DNA of 64,000 nucleotides from an uncultured Pelagibacteraceae bacterium (GCA_902577075.1 CACGXV010000002.1:42858-106857); one strand, 5' to 3'. Shown: positions 22,329 through 32,887, numbered from the stretch's first letter. A program made the numbers and translations. The notes: generated by a model not told the origin, from the sequence alone.

Positions 22329-23375
22329 TTAATTTAATTTTTTAAATACTTTTATCCCTTGACTCACTTCATTTACATCATGGACTCTTAAAATTTGTAC
22401 TCCTTTTAACATGCTGAATATACTTGAAGATACAGTCCCACCTATTCTTTCTTTGCTATCATTTTTTCCAGATAAATCTTTTATAAATCTTTTTCTTGAA
22501 AGACCCAACATTAATGGGTATCCCAATGAATGAAAAATAGAAATATTATTTATAAGAGTAATATTATGTTTCAAATTTTTACCAAAACCTATTCCTGGAT
22601 CTAAAACAATATTTTTATGTTTTATTCCTGCTTTTCTTATTACTCTTAGCTTCTCGTCAAAATAATCATATATATCAAGTAAAACATTTTCATATTTTGG
22701 ATTTCTCTGCATATTTTTTGGAGAACCTTTCATGTGGTGTAGCACAAATGGTAACTTACTTTCTTTCAAAAAATTAATAGTCTCCTTATCATAACTAAGA
22801 CCTGACACATCATTTATTAGATTTAATTTAAAATCTGAAGCATTTTTCATTACAAAACTTTTTCTTGTATCTAAGGAAACAAAAATATTTTTAAATTTTA
22901 CATGATTTAAAACTTTTTTTACTCTAATCCATTCTTTTGCAGCTGTTACTTCTTCTGATCCAGGTCTTGTGGACTCACCCCCTATATCAATTATTTTTGC
23001 ACCATCATTAATTAATTTATCAATCTGTTTTTTTGCAGAAGCCTTACTATTATATTTGCCTCCATCTGAAAAACTATCAGGTGTTATATTTACTACCCCC
23101 ATGAGAATTGGTAAATTTTCAAAGTTAAGTTTAGGAAATTTTTTTATTTTACATATATTATTAATATCACCCAAAACTTTTTTTTTAATAGATTTTGGAA
23201 GTTCTTTTATTTTTTTTATATTTATTTTTTTTTTTTTCGTTCTAGAAATAATCTCAATTGTATCAAATGAGATTAATTTATTTCCTCCAACCGGAAGAGA
23301 AATTTTCTTTCTAATATTTTCTAAAGATGTATTGTTATAATAAAAATTACACGCTCTTGTGTAATATTTTATCAT
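22329..23375 (-). CDS. folP: Dihydropteroate synthase with N-terminal extension
   Basis: MGVVNITPDSFSDGG, IGGESTRPG, DPGIGFGK, SRKRF, RVHDV; ftsH-folP-glmM synteny. Confidence 0.95.
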   Translation of the reverse strand: MIKYYTRACNFYYNNTSLENIRKKISLPVGGNKLISFDTIEIISRTKKKKINIKKIKELPKSIKKKVLGDINNICKIKKFPKLNFENLPILMGVVNITPDSFSDGGKYNSKASAKKQIDKLINDGAKIIDIGGESTRPGSEEVTAAKEWIRVKKVLNHVKFKNIFVSLDTRKSFVMKNASDFKLNLINDVSGLSYDKETINFLKESKLPFVLHHMKGSPKNMQRNPKYENVLLDIYDYFDEKLRVIRKAGIKHKNIVLDPGIGFGKNLKHNITLINNISIFHSLGYPLMLGLSRKRFIKDLSGKNDSKERIGGTVSSSIFSMLKGVQILRVHDVNEVSQGIKVFKKLN

Positions 23376-23381
23376 TAAATT

Positions 23382-25274
23382 TTAATGAACAATCTTTGGT
23401 TTAAGTCCAATTGATCCTAAAGCTGAACCTTGATCATCTTCCTCTACTTTTAGATCTTCTTTATTTGTTGGATATATATTTTTGTTTACTATATCCTCTA
23501 TTTCACTTCCTGTTAAAGTTTCGTATGTTAAAAGAGCTTTTGCAAGTTTGTGAAGATCATCAATTTTTTCAGTTAAAACTTTTTTAGCCCTGTCATATCC
23601 TTGATCGACAAATTTTCTTATCTCGCTATCAACTTTCTTAGCAGTTTCCTCTGACATATTTTGTTGTCTTGCTACAGATCTACCAAGGAAAACTTCTTCC
23701 TCATTTTCTCCATATGCAACTGGGCCAAGTTCCTTACTTAATCCTGCTCTCATGACCATAGCTCTAGCTCTTTTAGTGGCTTGTTCAATATCACTTGCAG
23801 CACCTGTTGTTACTTTATCATCTCCAAATATAATTTCTTCCGCAACTCTTCCGCCCATTGCAATGGCCATTTGTGCGTGGAGCTGTTCCCTTGTTTGGGA
23901 AACTTCATCTCTTTCAGGAAGTTGCATTACCATACCCAATGCTCTTCCTCTTGGAATTATTGTTGCTTTATGGATTGGATAAGCTGCCTTTTCATTTATG
24001 GTAACTATAGCGTGGCCAGCTTCGTGATAAGCAGTAAGTTTTTTCTCTTCCTCACTCATGACCATTGACCTTCTCTCTGATCCCATCATTACTTTGTCTT
24101 TTGCTTCCTCAAATTCAAGATAAGTAACTATCCTTTTATTTTTACGTGCTGCTAGCAAAGCTGCTTCATTAACTAAGTTTGCTAGATCAGCTCCAGAAAA
24201 TCCAGGAGTCCCTCTCGCAATTGTTCTTAAATTAACATCAGGTGCCATTGATATTTTTTTCGCATGTACTTTAAGGATTTTTTCTCTTCCAATGATATCT
24301 GGATTAGAAACAACTACTTGTCTATCAAATCTTCCTGGTCTTAATAAAGCTGGGTCTAAAACGTCAGGTCTATTTGTTGCTGCAATAATTATTACACCTT
24401 CATTTGTGTCAAACCCATCCATTTCAACTAAAAGCTGGTTAAGAGTTTGCTCCCTCTCATCATTTCCTCCTCCTAGTCCTGCACCCCTACTTCTTCCTAC
24501 AGCATCAATCTCATCTATGAATATAATACATGGAGAATGTTTTTTACCTTGCTCAAACATATCCCTGACTCTTGAAGCTCCAACTCCAACAAACATTTCA
24601 ACAAAATCAGAACCTGAGATCGTGAAGAAAGGAACACCAGCCTCTCCTGCTATTGCTCTAGCCAACAAAGTTTTCCCAGTGCCTGGAGGTCCAACCAATA
24701 GGCATCCCCTTGGAATTTTACCACCAAGTCTACTAAATTTTTTAGGGTCTTTTAGAAATTCTACTACTTCCTCAACTTCCTCTTTTGCTTCTTCTACTCC
24801 TGCAACGTCGTTAAATGTTACTTTACCTTTTAGCTCATTCATCATTTTAGCTTTAGATTTTCCAAAACCCATTGCTCCACCTTTTCCTCCTTGCATTTGT
24901 CTCATAAAAAAAATCCAAACAGCTATTAATAGTAACATAGGAAACCAAGATAAAAGAATTCCAAATAATGAAGGCATTTTTTCTTCAATAGGACTAGCTG
25001 AGATACTGACACCCTTTTCACTTAATTTTTGTATTAAAGTTGGATCTTCAGGTGCATAAGTATTAAATATTTCACCATTTGACATAACTCCTTTAATATT
25101 TTTTCCCTGGATCTCTACTTGAACAACTCTTCCATTTTCAACTTGGTTCAGAAATTCTGAAAATATAATATTATTTTTTTGATTTACTGCTCCCTGAGGA
25201 TTTTTAAACATGTTGTAAAGTCCAATAGTTAAGATAACTATGACAGCCCACATTACTAGATTTTTGAAATTCAT
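23382..25274 (-). CDS. ftsH: ATP-dependent zinc metalloprotease FtsH
   Basis: Two TM segments, [29 protein letters not shown]. Confidence 0.98.
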   Translation of the reverse strand: MNFKNLVMWAVIVILTIGLYNMFKNPQGAVNQKNNIIFSEFLNQVENGRVVQVEIQGKNIKGVMSNGEIFNTYAPEDPTLIQKLSEKGVSISASPIEEKMPSLFGILLSWFPMLLLIAVWIFFMRQMQGGKGGAMGFGKSKAKMMNELKGKVTFNDVAGVEEAKEEVEEVVEFLKDPKKFSRLGGKIPRGCLLVGPPGTGKTLLARAIAGEAGVPFFTISGSDFVEMFVGVGASRVRDMFEQGKKHSPCIIFIDEIDAVGRSRGAGLGGGNDEREQTLNQLLVEMDGFDTNEGVIIIAATNRPDVLDPALLRPGRFDRQVVVSNPDIIGREKILKVHAKKISMAPDVNLRTIARGTPGFSGADLANLVNEAALLAARKNKRIVTYLEFEEAKDKVMMGSERRSMVMSEEEKKLTAYHEAGHAIVTINEKAAYPIHKATIIPRGRALGMVMQLPERDEVSQTREQLHAQMAIAMGGRVAEEIIFGDDKVTTGAASDIEQATKRARAMVMRAGLSKELGPVAYGENEEEVFLGRSVARQQNMSEETAKKVDSEIRKFVDQGYDRAKKVLTEKIDDLHKLAKALLTYETLTGSEIEDIVNKNIYPTNKEDLKVEEDDQGSALGSIGLKPKIVH

Positions 25275-25308
25275 ACTTATAAATTAAGAATTATTATAGA
25301 TATAACAA

Positions 25309-25326
25309 GTGCCAATATGTGCCAAT
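25309..25326. promoter_or_regulatory. 8-bp direct repeat GTGCCAAT-N2-GTGCCAAT upstream of ftsH; candidate transcription factor site
   Basis: Exact repeat with 10-bp period in an AT-rich 66-bp spacer. Confidence 0.35.
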
Positions 25327-25340
25327 TTTAAATTATTTTT

Positions 25341-26390
25341 CTATTTTTCTTGTGAAATAACGACGGATTTCTCTATTTTTTGGATTATACATCCTGAAAG
25401 TGTTTTTTTACTATAATTGTTCGAAGATTTTAAATATTTTAATAAATTAACTACCTTAGACCCTCTGGTAAAAGTTTTTTTTTTTCCAATCTTATGAATG
25501 ATTTCTGAAAAAGACCTAAAGACAATTTCATTGGGCTGATTAAGAAAATCTTTTTTTAAAATAATTTTTTTCGATAACTTTAAATAGATTGAATTATCAT
25601 AAATATTTTTTTGAACAAAATAATCAATAGCATCATTGCTTTTACTTAAATTTGTAAGGGACACTTTAAATTTATTGAAAGTTAAACCATCTTTCTCTAA
25701 TTTTGAAATCAATTTTCTTACTTTTACTCTTAAAAATTGATCATCTTCATTAGAGGGGTCATAAACATTAAAATTAAAGGTATTTTTTGTAATATAAACC
25801 AAATCTTTTTTTGAGACATCGATTAATGGTCTTAAAATTGAAATTTTATGATCTGATTTTACTTTTGATTTAATTTTTCTAAAAGATATTAAACCTTTTA
25901 ATCCTGAACCTCTAAGCAATCTAATAAAAAAATTTTCTAACAAATCATCTTCGTGATGAGCTGTTAAAACTAAGTCAAATTTTTTCTTTAAACTTTGGTT
26001 AATGATTAGGTTATATCTATTTTCACGAGCAAAGGATTGTAAATTTGATATTTTTTTCTGTTTTTTAAAAGTAAGTATCTCACTGACAATTTGAAACCGT
26101 TTTAATTTATTTTTTACAATATTAGACTCCAAAGTAGAGTTTTTTCTTATCTTATGGTCTACGATAAAAAAATAAGCTTTTGTATTTTTTTCCAAAGAAT
26201 AACATTTTGCCAAAAACGTTAACGCTAGGCTATCTTCACCTCCCGAAACAGCTACACAAAAATTGTTTATATTATTATCATCCAACTTTTTTTTAAAGGA
26301 AAGATAAATTTTTTTTATTCTTGGATCTTTTAATTTCTTGAAATAAAAATTATGAATTTTCTTTTTTGCATTCAAATTCTTTTTCCTCAT
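25341..26390 (-). CDS. tilS: tRNA(Ile)-lysidine synthetase
   Basis: AVSGGEDS PP-loop, VDHKIR, ARENRY, TAHHEDD, RGSG, LRPL. Likely start is ATG 26390. Confidence 0.94.
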   Translation of the reverse strand: MRKKNLNAKKKIHNFYFKKLKDPRIKKIYLSFKKKLDDNNINNFCVAVSGGEDSLALTFLAKCYSLEKNTKAYFFIVDHKIRKNSTLESNIVKNKLKRFQIVSEILTFKKQKKISNLQSFARENRYNLIINQSLKKKFDLVLTAHHEDDLLENFFIRLLRGSGLKGLISFRKIKSKVKSDHKISILRPLIDVSKKDLVYITKNTFNFNVYDPSNEDDQFLRVKVRKLISKLEKDGLTFNKFKVSLTNLSKSNDAIDYFVQKNIYDNSIYLKLSKKIILKKDFLNQPNEIVFRSFSEIIHKIGKKKTFTRGSKVVNLLKYLKSSNNYSKKTLSGCIIQKIEKSVVISQEK

Positions 26391-27372
26391 AATACTTTGC
26401 TTTTTGAAGTACAGATTGAGTCGCATCAGGATACTGTTTTTTTACTCCTGCAATCATCAAGCATCCTTGATCTTTTTCACCCATCTGAACCAATGATACT
26501 CCTAATTTAAGTAAGTTCTCAGGAGCAATTTTGCTTTTTGGATATTTTTGATATCCTTCCAAATAAGCAGTAGCAGCATCAGTGTACATTTGTCTAATTC
26601 TGTAAGTTTCTGCATACCAATATTGTGCATTACCTGATAATTCATCATCAGGATTGGTTAAAACAAATTCTCTGAATGCTTTTTCAGCATTATCATAATC
26701 ACCAACTTTTAAAAAATTTCTTGCAAATTGATATTGTTCTTTTGGACTTGTATCTGGTAGTATTTTTTCTTCTTGGTTAAAAACCTCAGAAATAATAGTT
26801 TCTGTTTGTTCTACAGTTTCAATGACCTGCGTTTCCTCATTAGTTGTCATGTCTTTGTAAGAAAGTTCTCCAAGTGATTGTGGTTTTGATGAACCAGGCA
26901 TAACTTTATTTTTAGTATTTTGATCATTATTTGTTAATAATTTTTCAGTTTTGGGTAAAGAAGTAAGTGAATTACTTTTTTCATTGTTCATTGAATTTTG
27001 TTCAATTTGCTCAAATCTTAATTGATTATCTTTTTGAACGTTAACAATTTCGTTAGATAATTTATCTAATTTAAAATTAATTTCCTCAAATTTATTTGTC
27101 AATTCCTGGAACTGGATCTCAATTTCACTTAATTTCAATAAATGTCTTGTTAAAGCTTGCTCAGACTCTTTTGTAGATGCTCTTTGAGTTGTATTCGAAC
27201 TGTCAGTTTTAGAAAATGATTGTGAGTATACCGCTCTTTCGAGAGTTCTTAAATCCTTTTGAATTATTTCTAAAATTTCTCCAACCTCTTTATCTTGTGA
27301 AAAAGAAGCGTTTACAGAAAATGTTAGAAAAAAAATGAGGATAAAAGAAGCAAACTTAATTAATGATCTCAT
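26350..27372 (-). CDS. cpoB: Tol-Pal system protein YbgF/CpoB
   Basis: Signal peptide, coiled coil, TPR domain (NAQYWYAE, YPKSKIAPENLLKLG); downstream of pal. Confidence 0.9.
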   Translation of the reverse strand: MRSLIKFASFILIFFLTFSVNASFSQDKEVGEILEIIQKDLRTLERAVYSQSFSKTDSSNTTQRASTKESEQALTRHLLKLSEIEIQFQELTNKFEEINFKLDKLSNEIVNVQKDNQLRFEQIEQNSMNNEKSNSLTSLPKTEKLLTNNDQNTKNKVMPGSSKPQSLGELSYKDMTTNEETQVIETVEQTETIISEVFNQEEKILPDTSPKEQYQFARNFLKVGDYDNAEKAFREFVLTNPDDELSGNAQYWYAETYRIRQMYTDAATAYLEGYQKYPKSKIAPENLLKLGVSLVQMGEKDQGCLMIAGVKKQYPDATQSVLQKAKYYEEKEFECKKENS

Positions 27373-27400
27373 CAAAACATTTGTAATTATAATAATGGCA

Positions 27401-27435
27401 AAAAGAAGACCCTAACATTTGTAATGTTAGGGTCT
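27401..27435 (-). terminator. Intrinsic terminator after pal
   Basis: Perfect 13-bp inverted repeat AGACCCTAACATT-tgt-AATGTTAGGGTCT (27407-27435), followed by TCTTTTT on the minus strand. Confidence 0.75.
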
Positions 27436-27447
27436 AAAAAATTTGTG

Positions 27448-27996
27448 TTAATTTGCTTTTACAGTTACAGATCTTCTATTTTTTGACCATGAGAGTGGAT
27501 TTGATCCTGAGTCAACAGGTCTCTCTTTTCCATAACTCAATACTTTAATTCGATCTGAAGATACTCCATAAGTCATAAGATAGTCTTTTGCAGCATTAGC
27601 TCTTCTCTCACCTAGAGCCAAATTATACTCTCTGGTACCTCTCTCATCGGCATGACCCTCAACCACAACTGTTACTTCAGAGTTCTGTCTTAACCATGCA
27701 GCTTGTTTTCTTAATGTTTCTCTTGATGCAGTTGTTAAAATTGTTTCATTTGTTGCAAAGAACACTCTGTCAGGTACTCCACTAGCTAACTCACCTACAG
27801 TATCTGATCCTATATAAACATCTCCTTGCATTAACGCATCTAGTTTTTCAATTGGATCTGCTTTTTGAACGGTTTCCGCTGCTTTAGTTGTTTTGGTTTC
27901 CGTTGTTTTAACAGACTTTTTAGTTGCACACGCTGTAACAATCAATCCGAACATGACAACAACAAGCGCGTTTTTAAAAATTTTGCTTAGATTCAT
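27448..27996 (-). CDS. pal: Peptidoglycan-associated lipoprotein
   Basis: Lipobox VTAC, EGHADERGTREYNLALGERRA, SYGKERP, NRRS. Confidence 0.96.
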   Translation of the reverse strand: MNLSKIFKNALVVVMFGLIVTACATKKSVKTTETKTTKAAETVQKADPIEKLDALMQGDVYIGSDTVGELASGVPDRVFFATNETILTTASRETLRKQAAWLRQNSEVTVVVEGHADERGTREYNLALGERRANAAKDYLMTYGVSSDRIKVLSYGKERPVDSGSNPLSWSKNRRSVTVKAN

Positions 27997-28091
27997 TTTT
28001 GCTCCTTAAATAGAATATTATGAATTTAATCATTTAATTAGATGTTTTGTCTACAAAAATCAACCTAATTTAACAAAATTGTTAATTTTCC

Positions 28092-29456
28092 TTAGTTTCC
28101 TAATAAAGAGGACCATGATGGGTCTGATGCATCTGTCTCAGTTTTTACCAACCTCTCGTTGTATCCAGTTAAATCAATTGACCATAATTTTGCTGAAAAT
28201 CCCTTACCTTCATCATTAGTTTTTGTCTCTCTATAAAATATAATGATTCTTCCATTTGGTGACCAGGAAGGTGCTTCTTGATAGAAGTTCTCTGTAAGCA
28301 ATCTTTCACCAGATCCGTCGGTTCTCATAACTCCAATAAAAAACTTTCCCTTATGCAATTTTGTAAATGCTATTAAGTCACCTCTTGGAGACCACACTGG
28401 TGTTCCGTAAATTCCTTTACCGAATGATATTCTTTTGACTTTTGAACCATCGCTCCTCATTACATAAATTTGCTGATAGCCACTTCTGTCAGAATTAAAT
28501 GTGATGAATTTTCCATCAGGTGAATAGGAAGGTGATGTGTCTATTGATGGATGATCAGTTAATTTTTCTTGAATATTGGTTTCTAAATCTCTTACCCAAA
28601 TTTCAGAGTTACCATCTTTTGCTAAACTCATTATTAATTTTTTTCCATCAGGTGAAAATCTTGGTGCAAATGTCATGCCTCTAAAGTCACCCACTACTTT
28701 CTGTTCACCTGTTTGAAGGTTTACGATATAAACTCTAGGCATGTTTCTAAAGTACGACATGTAAGTTATTTCTTTATCATTTGCTGGATTAAATCTTGGG
28801 GTTAATACCAATTCATTTCCTAAAGTTATATACTTTGTGTTAAAACCGTCTTGGTCCATTAGAGCTAATTTTTTAACTCTTTGAGTTTTGGGTCCCTCTT
28901 CTGCAACGTAAATTATTCTTGTATCAAAATAACCATTTTCGCCAGTTAAGCGTTCGTAGACCTTATCTGATATTTTATGGCCTACCCTTCTCCAAGATCG
29001 AGGTGTAGTTGTCAAAGAGAAACCATCAACCATTTTTGCACCTAATACATCCCAAAGTTTGAATTCTATATTTATATAATCTTTATCATTTATGATTTTA
29101 GATGTAACTTTACCGGTAATTAAAACTTGGGATTTTATCAAAGCCCAATCTTCAAATCTTGGTTTTAAATGAGCTATATCAGGTTTTTGTAAAAATGCCT
29201 CTTTCTCAATTGCATCAAATAGACCAGTTTTTTCTAAATTATTCTCTATTATTTTCGAGATTTCTAAACCTAAATTTTCAATATTAATGTTATTTTTAAT
29301 CTTAACATTAGTATTTTCGTCAGAGAAGAAAGGTGATACTGAAATAGGCATTGGGTCAAGATTGCCTCTGGTGATATCAATTTCAACAAGTGAAAAACCA
29401 ACACTTGGTTTTAAAATTGCAAAAAAAATAAAAATAAAAATTAATTTTTTTTTCAT
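28092..29456 (-). CDS. tolB: Tol-Pal beta-propeller protein TolB
   Basis: GYFDTRI, repeated PxxSPDG/WSP motifs, DPSWS end. Confidence 0.96.
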   Translation of the reverse strand: MKKKLIFIFIFFAILKPSVGFSLVEIDITRGNLDPMPISVSPFFSDENTNVKIKNNINIENLGLEISKIIENNLEKTGLFDAIEKEAFLQKPDIAHLKPRFEDWALIKSQVLITGKVTSKIINDKDYINIEFKLWDVLGAKMVDGFSLTTTPRSWRRVGHKISDKVYERLTGENGYFDTRIIYVAEEGPKTQRVKKLALMDQDGFNTKYITLGNELVLTPRFNPANDKEITYMSYFRNMPRVYIVNLQTGEQKVVGDFRGMTFAPRFSPDGKKLIMSLAKDGNSEIWVRDLETNIQEKLTDHPSIDTSPSYSPDGKFITFNSDRSGYQQIYVMRSDGSKVKRISFGKGIYGTPVWSPRGDLIAFTKLHKGKFFIGVMRTDGSGERLLTENFYQEAPSWSPNGRIIIFYRETKTNDEGKGFSAKLWSIDLTGYNERLVKTETDASDPSWSSLLGN

Positions 29457-30520
29457 TCCCCAACCATCATTCCTTCTGGATTAAATCTAAGTATCATAAT
29501 ATTCCAATTTTCATAAGTTTTAATTGGTAGATTTCTAAGAGGGTTGCATTTTAATATTGCTCGATCAACAGCTTCTGCAAAGATTCTGTATTTTCCATCT
29601 ATACCCATTCTATTTCTCTCAATAATTTCCCTACTTTTTACCGTTCCATCTTGTTCTAAATTTAGTTTTACCGTCACTAGATAATCGTTTTTTTTATATT
29701 CAGCTCCCATCGGTGGGGACCAGCAATCTTTATACTGCATCTGAATAGAGTACTCAGTTGTAACTGATAATTTAGTTAATCTCATCGATTTATCCTCTGA
29801 TTGTGTAATTCCATCAGTTTTTTTTTTAACCTCTCCAATATTTTCATATTGCTTAGCAATTAGCCCCTTGATTAAATCTAAATCTAACTCTTTTTTTTCA
29901 TATTCAGAGGATTGTATTGCTTTATCCTCTTTAATTGGTTTATTTTTTTTGACAAATTCTTTAATTACCAAATCTTTTTCTACTTCTTTTTCAATTTTTT
30001 TTTTCTTTTCCTTCTCAACTTGTGTTTTTGTAACTTCCTTAGATGGTTGTTGCTCAGTTTCTTGCTTTGTTTCAATTTTCTCTGTTTTTTTGTTAGGTAA
30101 AGGTATTGCCTCGGACGTATCCAGTTTAATTTGATTTTGCTTTTTTTCTGGAACAGGTACTTTTTTTGATTTTGATATATCTACTTTATCCTTTTGATTA
30201 TTCAACTGTGCTTGCTTTTTAATCTCTTGTTTTACTTCTTTTGGAGGTGCTTGCTCTGAAAGTAATTTTTTATTGTCTTTTTTTGCCTCTTCAATAATTT
30301 TAGCTGCCTTAGGCGCATATGGAATAATCATTTGATCAGAAATTTGAATTAATTCAACCGAAATACTTGGGAGTAATTCTATTGGTTTCTTTGCAACAAA
30401 AGGAAGGGCAAAAATTGTTGCCATAAATATCGACCCATGGAAAATAACTGATAACAACATACTAAACGAAAAATTATTAAGCTGATTTGGTAAGCCACTG
30501 AATGCAAACTTATTAAACAA
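29453..30520 (-). CDS. tolA: TolA-like cell envelope integrity protein
   Basis: N-terminal TM segment with SxxxH, Lys/Glu-rich linker, C-terminal CW..P / C.PL..LP / FNP domain; lies between tolR and tolB. Confidence 0.82.
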   Translation of the reverse strand: MFNKFAFSGLPNQLNNFSFSMLLSVIFHGSIFMATIFALPFVAKKPIELLPSISVELIQISDQMIIPYAPKAAKIIEEAKKDNKKLLSEQAPPKEVKQEIKKQAQLNNQKDKVDISKSKKVPVPEKKQNQIKLDTSEAIPLPNKKTEKIETKQETEQQPSKEVTKTQVEKEKKKKIEKEVEKDLVIKEFVKKNKPIKEDKAIQSSEYEKKELDLDLIKGLIAKQYENIGEVKKKTDGITQSEDKSMRLTKLSVTTEYSIQMQYKDCWSPPMGAEYKKNDYLVTVKLNLEQDGTVKSREIIERNRMGIDGKYRIFAEAVDRAILKCNPLRNLPIKTYENWNIMILRFNPEGMMVGE

Positions 30521-30522
30521 AT

Positions 30523-30939
30523 TTATCTCTCTTTGTATGGTTCTGATATTAAGGCAACTTTAGTGAAGCCTGAACCTGAAAGTTTTCCCATTACTTCTAG
30601 TACTCTTCCATAATTAATTGTTTTGTCACCTCTAACATATATCCTTGTATCAGTTCTATTGTTCGATACTGCTAGAATTTTTTTGATTAAATTATTATAT
30701 TCAATTTTTGTTTCTTGAATAAATACCTCACCTTTTGAATTTATAGTCAATGTAAGTGGTTCGCTTTCCTCAGGTAATGTATCCGCTGATGTTTCAGGTA
30801 GATCTACTTGCACCCCAACAGTAAGTAATGGCGCTGTAACCATAAAAATAATTAAAAGAACAAGCATAACATCTACAAAGGGGGTTACATTTATTTCACT
30901 CATCGGTTCTCTTTCTGAACGCTTTAGGTTAAATGCCAT
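30523..30939 (-). CDS. tolR: TolR
   Basis: SEINVTPFVDVMLVLLIIFMVTAPL, VRGD..INYG. Confidence 0.95.
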   Translation of the reverse strand: MAFNLKRSEREPMSEINVTPFVDVMLVLLIIFMVTAPLLTVGVQVDLPETSADTLPEESEPLTLTINSKGEVFIQETKIEYNNLIKKILAVSNNRTDTRIYVRGDKTINYGRVLEVMGKLSGSGFTKVALISEPYKER

Positions 30940-30940
30940 A

Positions 30941-31615
30941 TTAAATAATTGAGATGAATCTCTTAGAAAAATTTTCTAGTTTTTGTGAATACTTTTTAGA
31001 GTCATTACCAAATTTGTTGTAGGCAATTACCGCAGGTATTGCAGCCAACAAACCTAAGGCCGTAGCAAACAGTGCTTCTGCAATTCCTGGTGCAACTATA
31101 GCAAGACTTGTGTTTCTTGAAATGGCAATAGATTGAAATGAATTCATTATCCCCCAAACTGTTCCAAACAATCCAATAAATGGTGCAGTGGAGCCAACTG
31201 TTGCAAGAAAAGTAAATTTTTGATTAACAATATTCATTTGCTTTTCTATATTTACTTCTAAAATATTTTCTAGTCTTTGACTTATGTTAGTTTTTGATCT
31301 TGATTTCATAACAACTTGCATGGAATCTTTGAATAATTGTGCCATTGGATTATCTAATTTTGTGGGTAAGCTGTTGTAAAATGTTTCTGCTGATTTAGAT
31401 TTCCAAAATCTTTCCTCAAAATCTTCAGACTCTCTATTAATTTTTCTGAACATTTTAATTTTATCGAATATTATCGCCCAAGAATAAACTGAACTAGCAA
31501 TTAAAATTAATATAACAGATTTGACAATAAAATCTGCTCTTAAAAATAAACTTAAAATTGAAAAATCTGTGTTACTTGCAAGTCCAACTACTTGAGAAGT
31601 TATATCTGCATCCAT
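30941..31615 (-). CDS. tolQ: TolQ
   Basis: LATVGSTAPFIGLFGTVWGIMNSF, VAPGIAEALFATALGL. Confidence 0.97.
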   Translation of the reverse strand: MDADITSQVVGLASNTDFSILSLFLRADFIVKSVILILIASSVYSWAIIFDKIKMFRKINRESEDFEERFWKSKSAETFYNSLPTKLDNPMAQLFKDSMQVVMKSRSKTNISQRLENILEVNIEKQMNIVNQKFTFLATVGSTAPFIGLFGTVWGIMNSFQSIAISRNTSLAIVAPGIAEALFATALGLLAAIPAVIAYNKFGNDSKKYSQKLENFSKRFISII

Positions 31616-31672
31616 TTGATTGATTTCACACTAAAATGTGTCATGAATTTGACTAGAAAATTCAACTTACCT

Positions 31673-32161
31673 CTATTTTTCGTATGTATTTTGATGATAA
31701 TTAGCAATTAATATTGCATCTGCTTTATTTGAGTCTTTTTTTTTGGATAACATTGATGAAAACCTAGGGAACATTTCAATTGCTTTGACTCTGCTCGAAT
31801 CTTTTTGAGAATTTATTAAATCAAAATGTTTTTTCCATTTTGCCGGTCTAACAAAAAAGATCGGCAGTTGCATAGCGGCACATACTCCTTTTATTACACC
31901 GAAAGATTGACCAAAATTAAACATACTAGTCACACCCTGTCCAGGCATTGCTGAAACCTGCTCAACTACCACATTTACATTTTCAGATTTGTAGTTTTTA
32001 GTTCTTATAGATATTTCGTTAAATATTTGGCTACCATTAATTTGCTTTTTATTTTTATTACCTGAAGCCATTGTAGGCATATCAATTACATCTTTAATAA
32101 CTCCATCTTCAAAAAAACAAATCGCTCCTGTGATTCCTGGATCTATTCCAATTATAAGCAT
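31673..32161 (-). CDS. RuvC-fold Holliday junction resolvase, MOC1/phage-type subfamily
   Basis: IGIDPG, VVEQ, VRPAKWKK, ADAILIA catalytic elements; EQVSAMPGQGVTSMFNFG loop is unlike canonical RuvC. Confidence 0.78.
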   Translation of the reverse strand: MLIIGIDPGITGAICFFEDGVIKDVIDMPTMASGNKNKKQINGSQIFNEISIRTKNYKSENVNVVVEQVSAMPGQGVTSMFNFGQSFGVIKGVCAAMQLPIFFVRPAKWKKHFDLINSQKDSSRVKAIEMFPRFSSMLSKKKDSNKADAILIANYHQNTYEK

Positions 32162-32170
32162 AAATTAAAA

Positions 32171-32884
32171 TTAAATTGAATTTGTGAAAATATTTTGTAC
32201 ATCATCATCTTCTTCTAAAATTTCTAAAAAACTTAACATTTTTTCTTTTTCTTCCTCATTTAATTTGATTTTATTTACTGGTATCCATTCGATTTCAGTA
32301 GATATAAAGTTAACAATTTCTTTTTCCATTATATTTTTCACGTCATATATCTCATCTTTATTTGTGCGAATTTCGTAATAATCATCATGGAATAAACAAT
32401 CATTAGCGCCAGCTTCGGTAGCAAGATTAAAAATTTTCTCTTCATCCTTTTCATTTTTACTAATTTTTATTATTCCTTGTTGAATAAAATTGTGTGATGC
32501 GGACCCTTGTGTGCCAAGACCTCCCCCATACTTTTGAAAAATTGTTCTTATATTTGCCGCAGTCCTGTTTTTATTATTCGTCAAAGTAATGACTACAACT
32601 GCAGTTTTTGCTGGTCCAAATCCTTCATATCTTATACTTTCAAAATTAGAGTCTGAAGCAATTGAAGATTTATCAATTGCTCTCTCGATATTATCTTTGG
32701 GCATATTTGCAGATCTTGCTGCCTGGATAGCTGACCTTAATCTTGAATTCATGTCTGGATTTTTATCTCCAAGTTTGGCAGCAACTGTAATCTCTCTTGA
32801 TAATTTTGAAAAAATTGCTGATCGTTGTTTATCAGCTTTTCCCTTTTTGTGTTTTATGCCCGCCCAATGTGAATGACCTGCCAT
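32171..32884 (-). CDS. yebC: YebC/PmpR family protein
   Basis: MAGHSHWAGIKHKK, NMPKDNIERAI, YEGFGP, TNNKNRT, DDDVQNIFTN. Confidence 0.96.
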   Translation of the reverse strand: MAGHSHWAGIKHKKGKADKQRSAIFSKLSREITVAAKLGDKNPDMNSRLRSAIQAARSANMPKDNIERAIDKSSIASDSNFESIRYEGFGPAKTAVVVITLTNNKNRTAANIRTIFQKYGGGLGTQGSASHNFIQQGIIKISKNEKDEEKIFNLATEAGANDCLFHDDYYEIRTNKDEIYDVKNIMEKEIVNFISTEIEWIPVNKIKLNEEEKEKMLSFLEILEEDDDVQNIFTNSI

Positions 32885-32887
32885 GTT

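Noticed and set aside
23225-23237. Long poly-A tracts in folP and the S49 peptidase as phase-variation sites
   Set aside because: Reading frames are intact, and poly-Lys runs are common at this AT content.
24292-25059. 255-aa antisense ORF inside ftsH, and the other short antisense or nested ORFs in the track
   Set aside because: These are shadow frames of conserved genes with no recognisable motifs.
27870-27915. Imperfect 24-bp tandem repeat in pal
   Set aside because: It encodes a low-complexity Thr/Lys/Glu linker, ordinary for Pal.
28070-28085. TTAA-N8-TTAA near-palindrome upstream of pal (CtrA-like)
   Set aside because: Spacing does not match TTAA-N7-TTAA, and such words are expected by chance in very AT-rich DNA.
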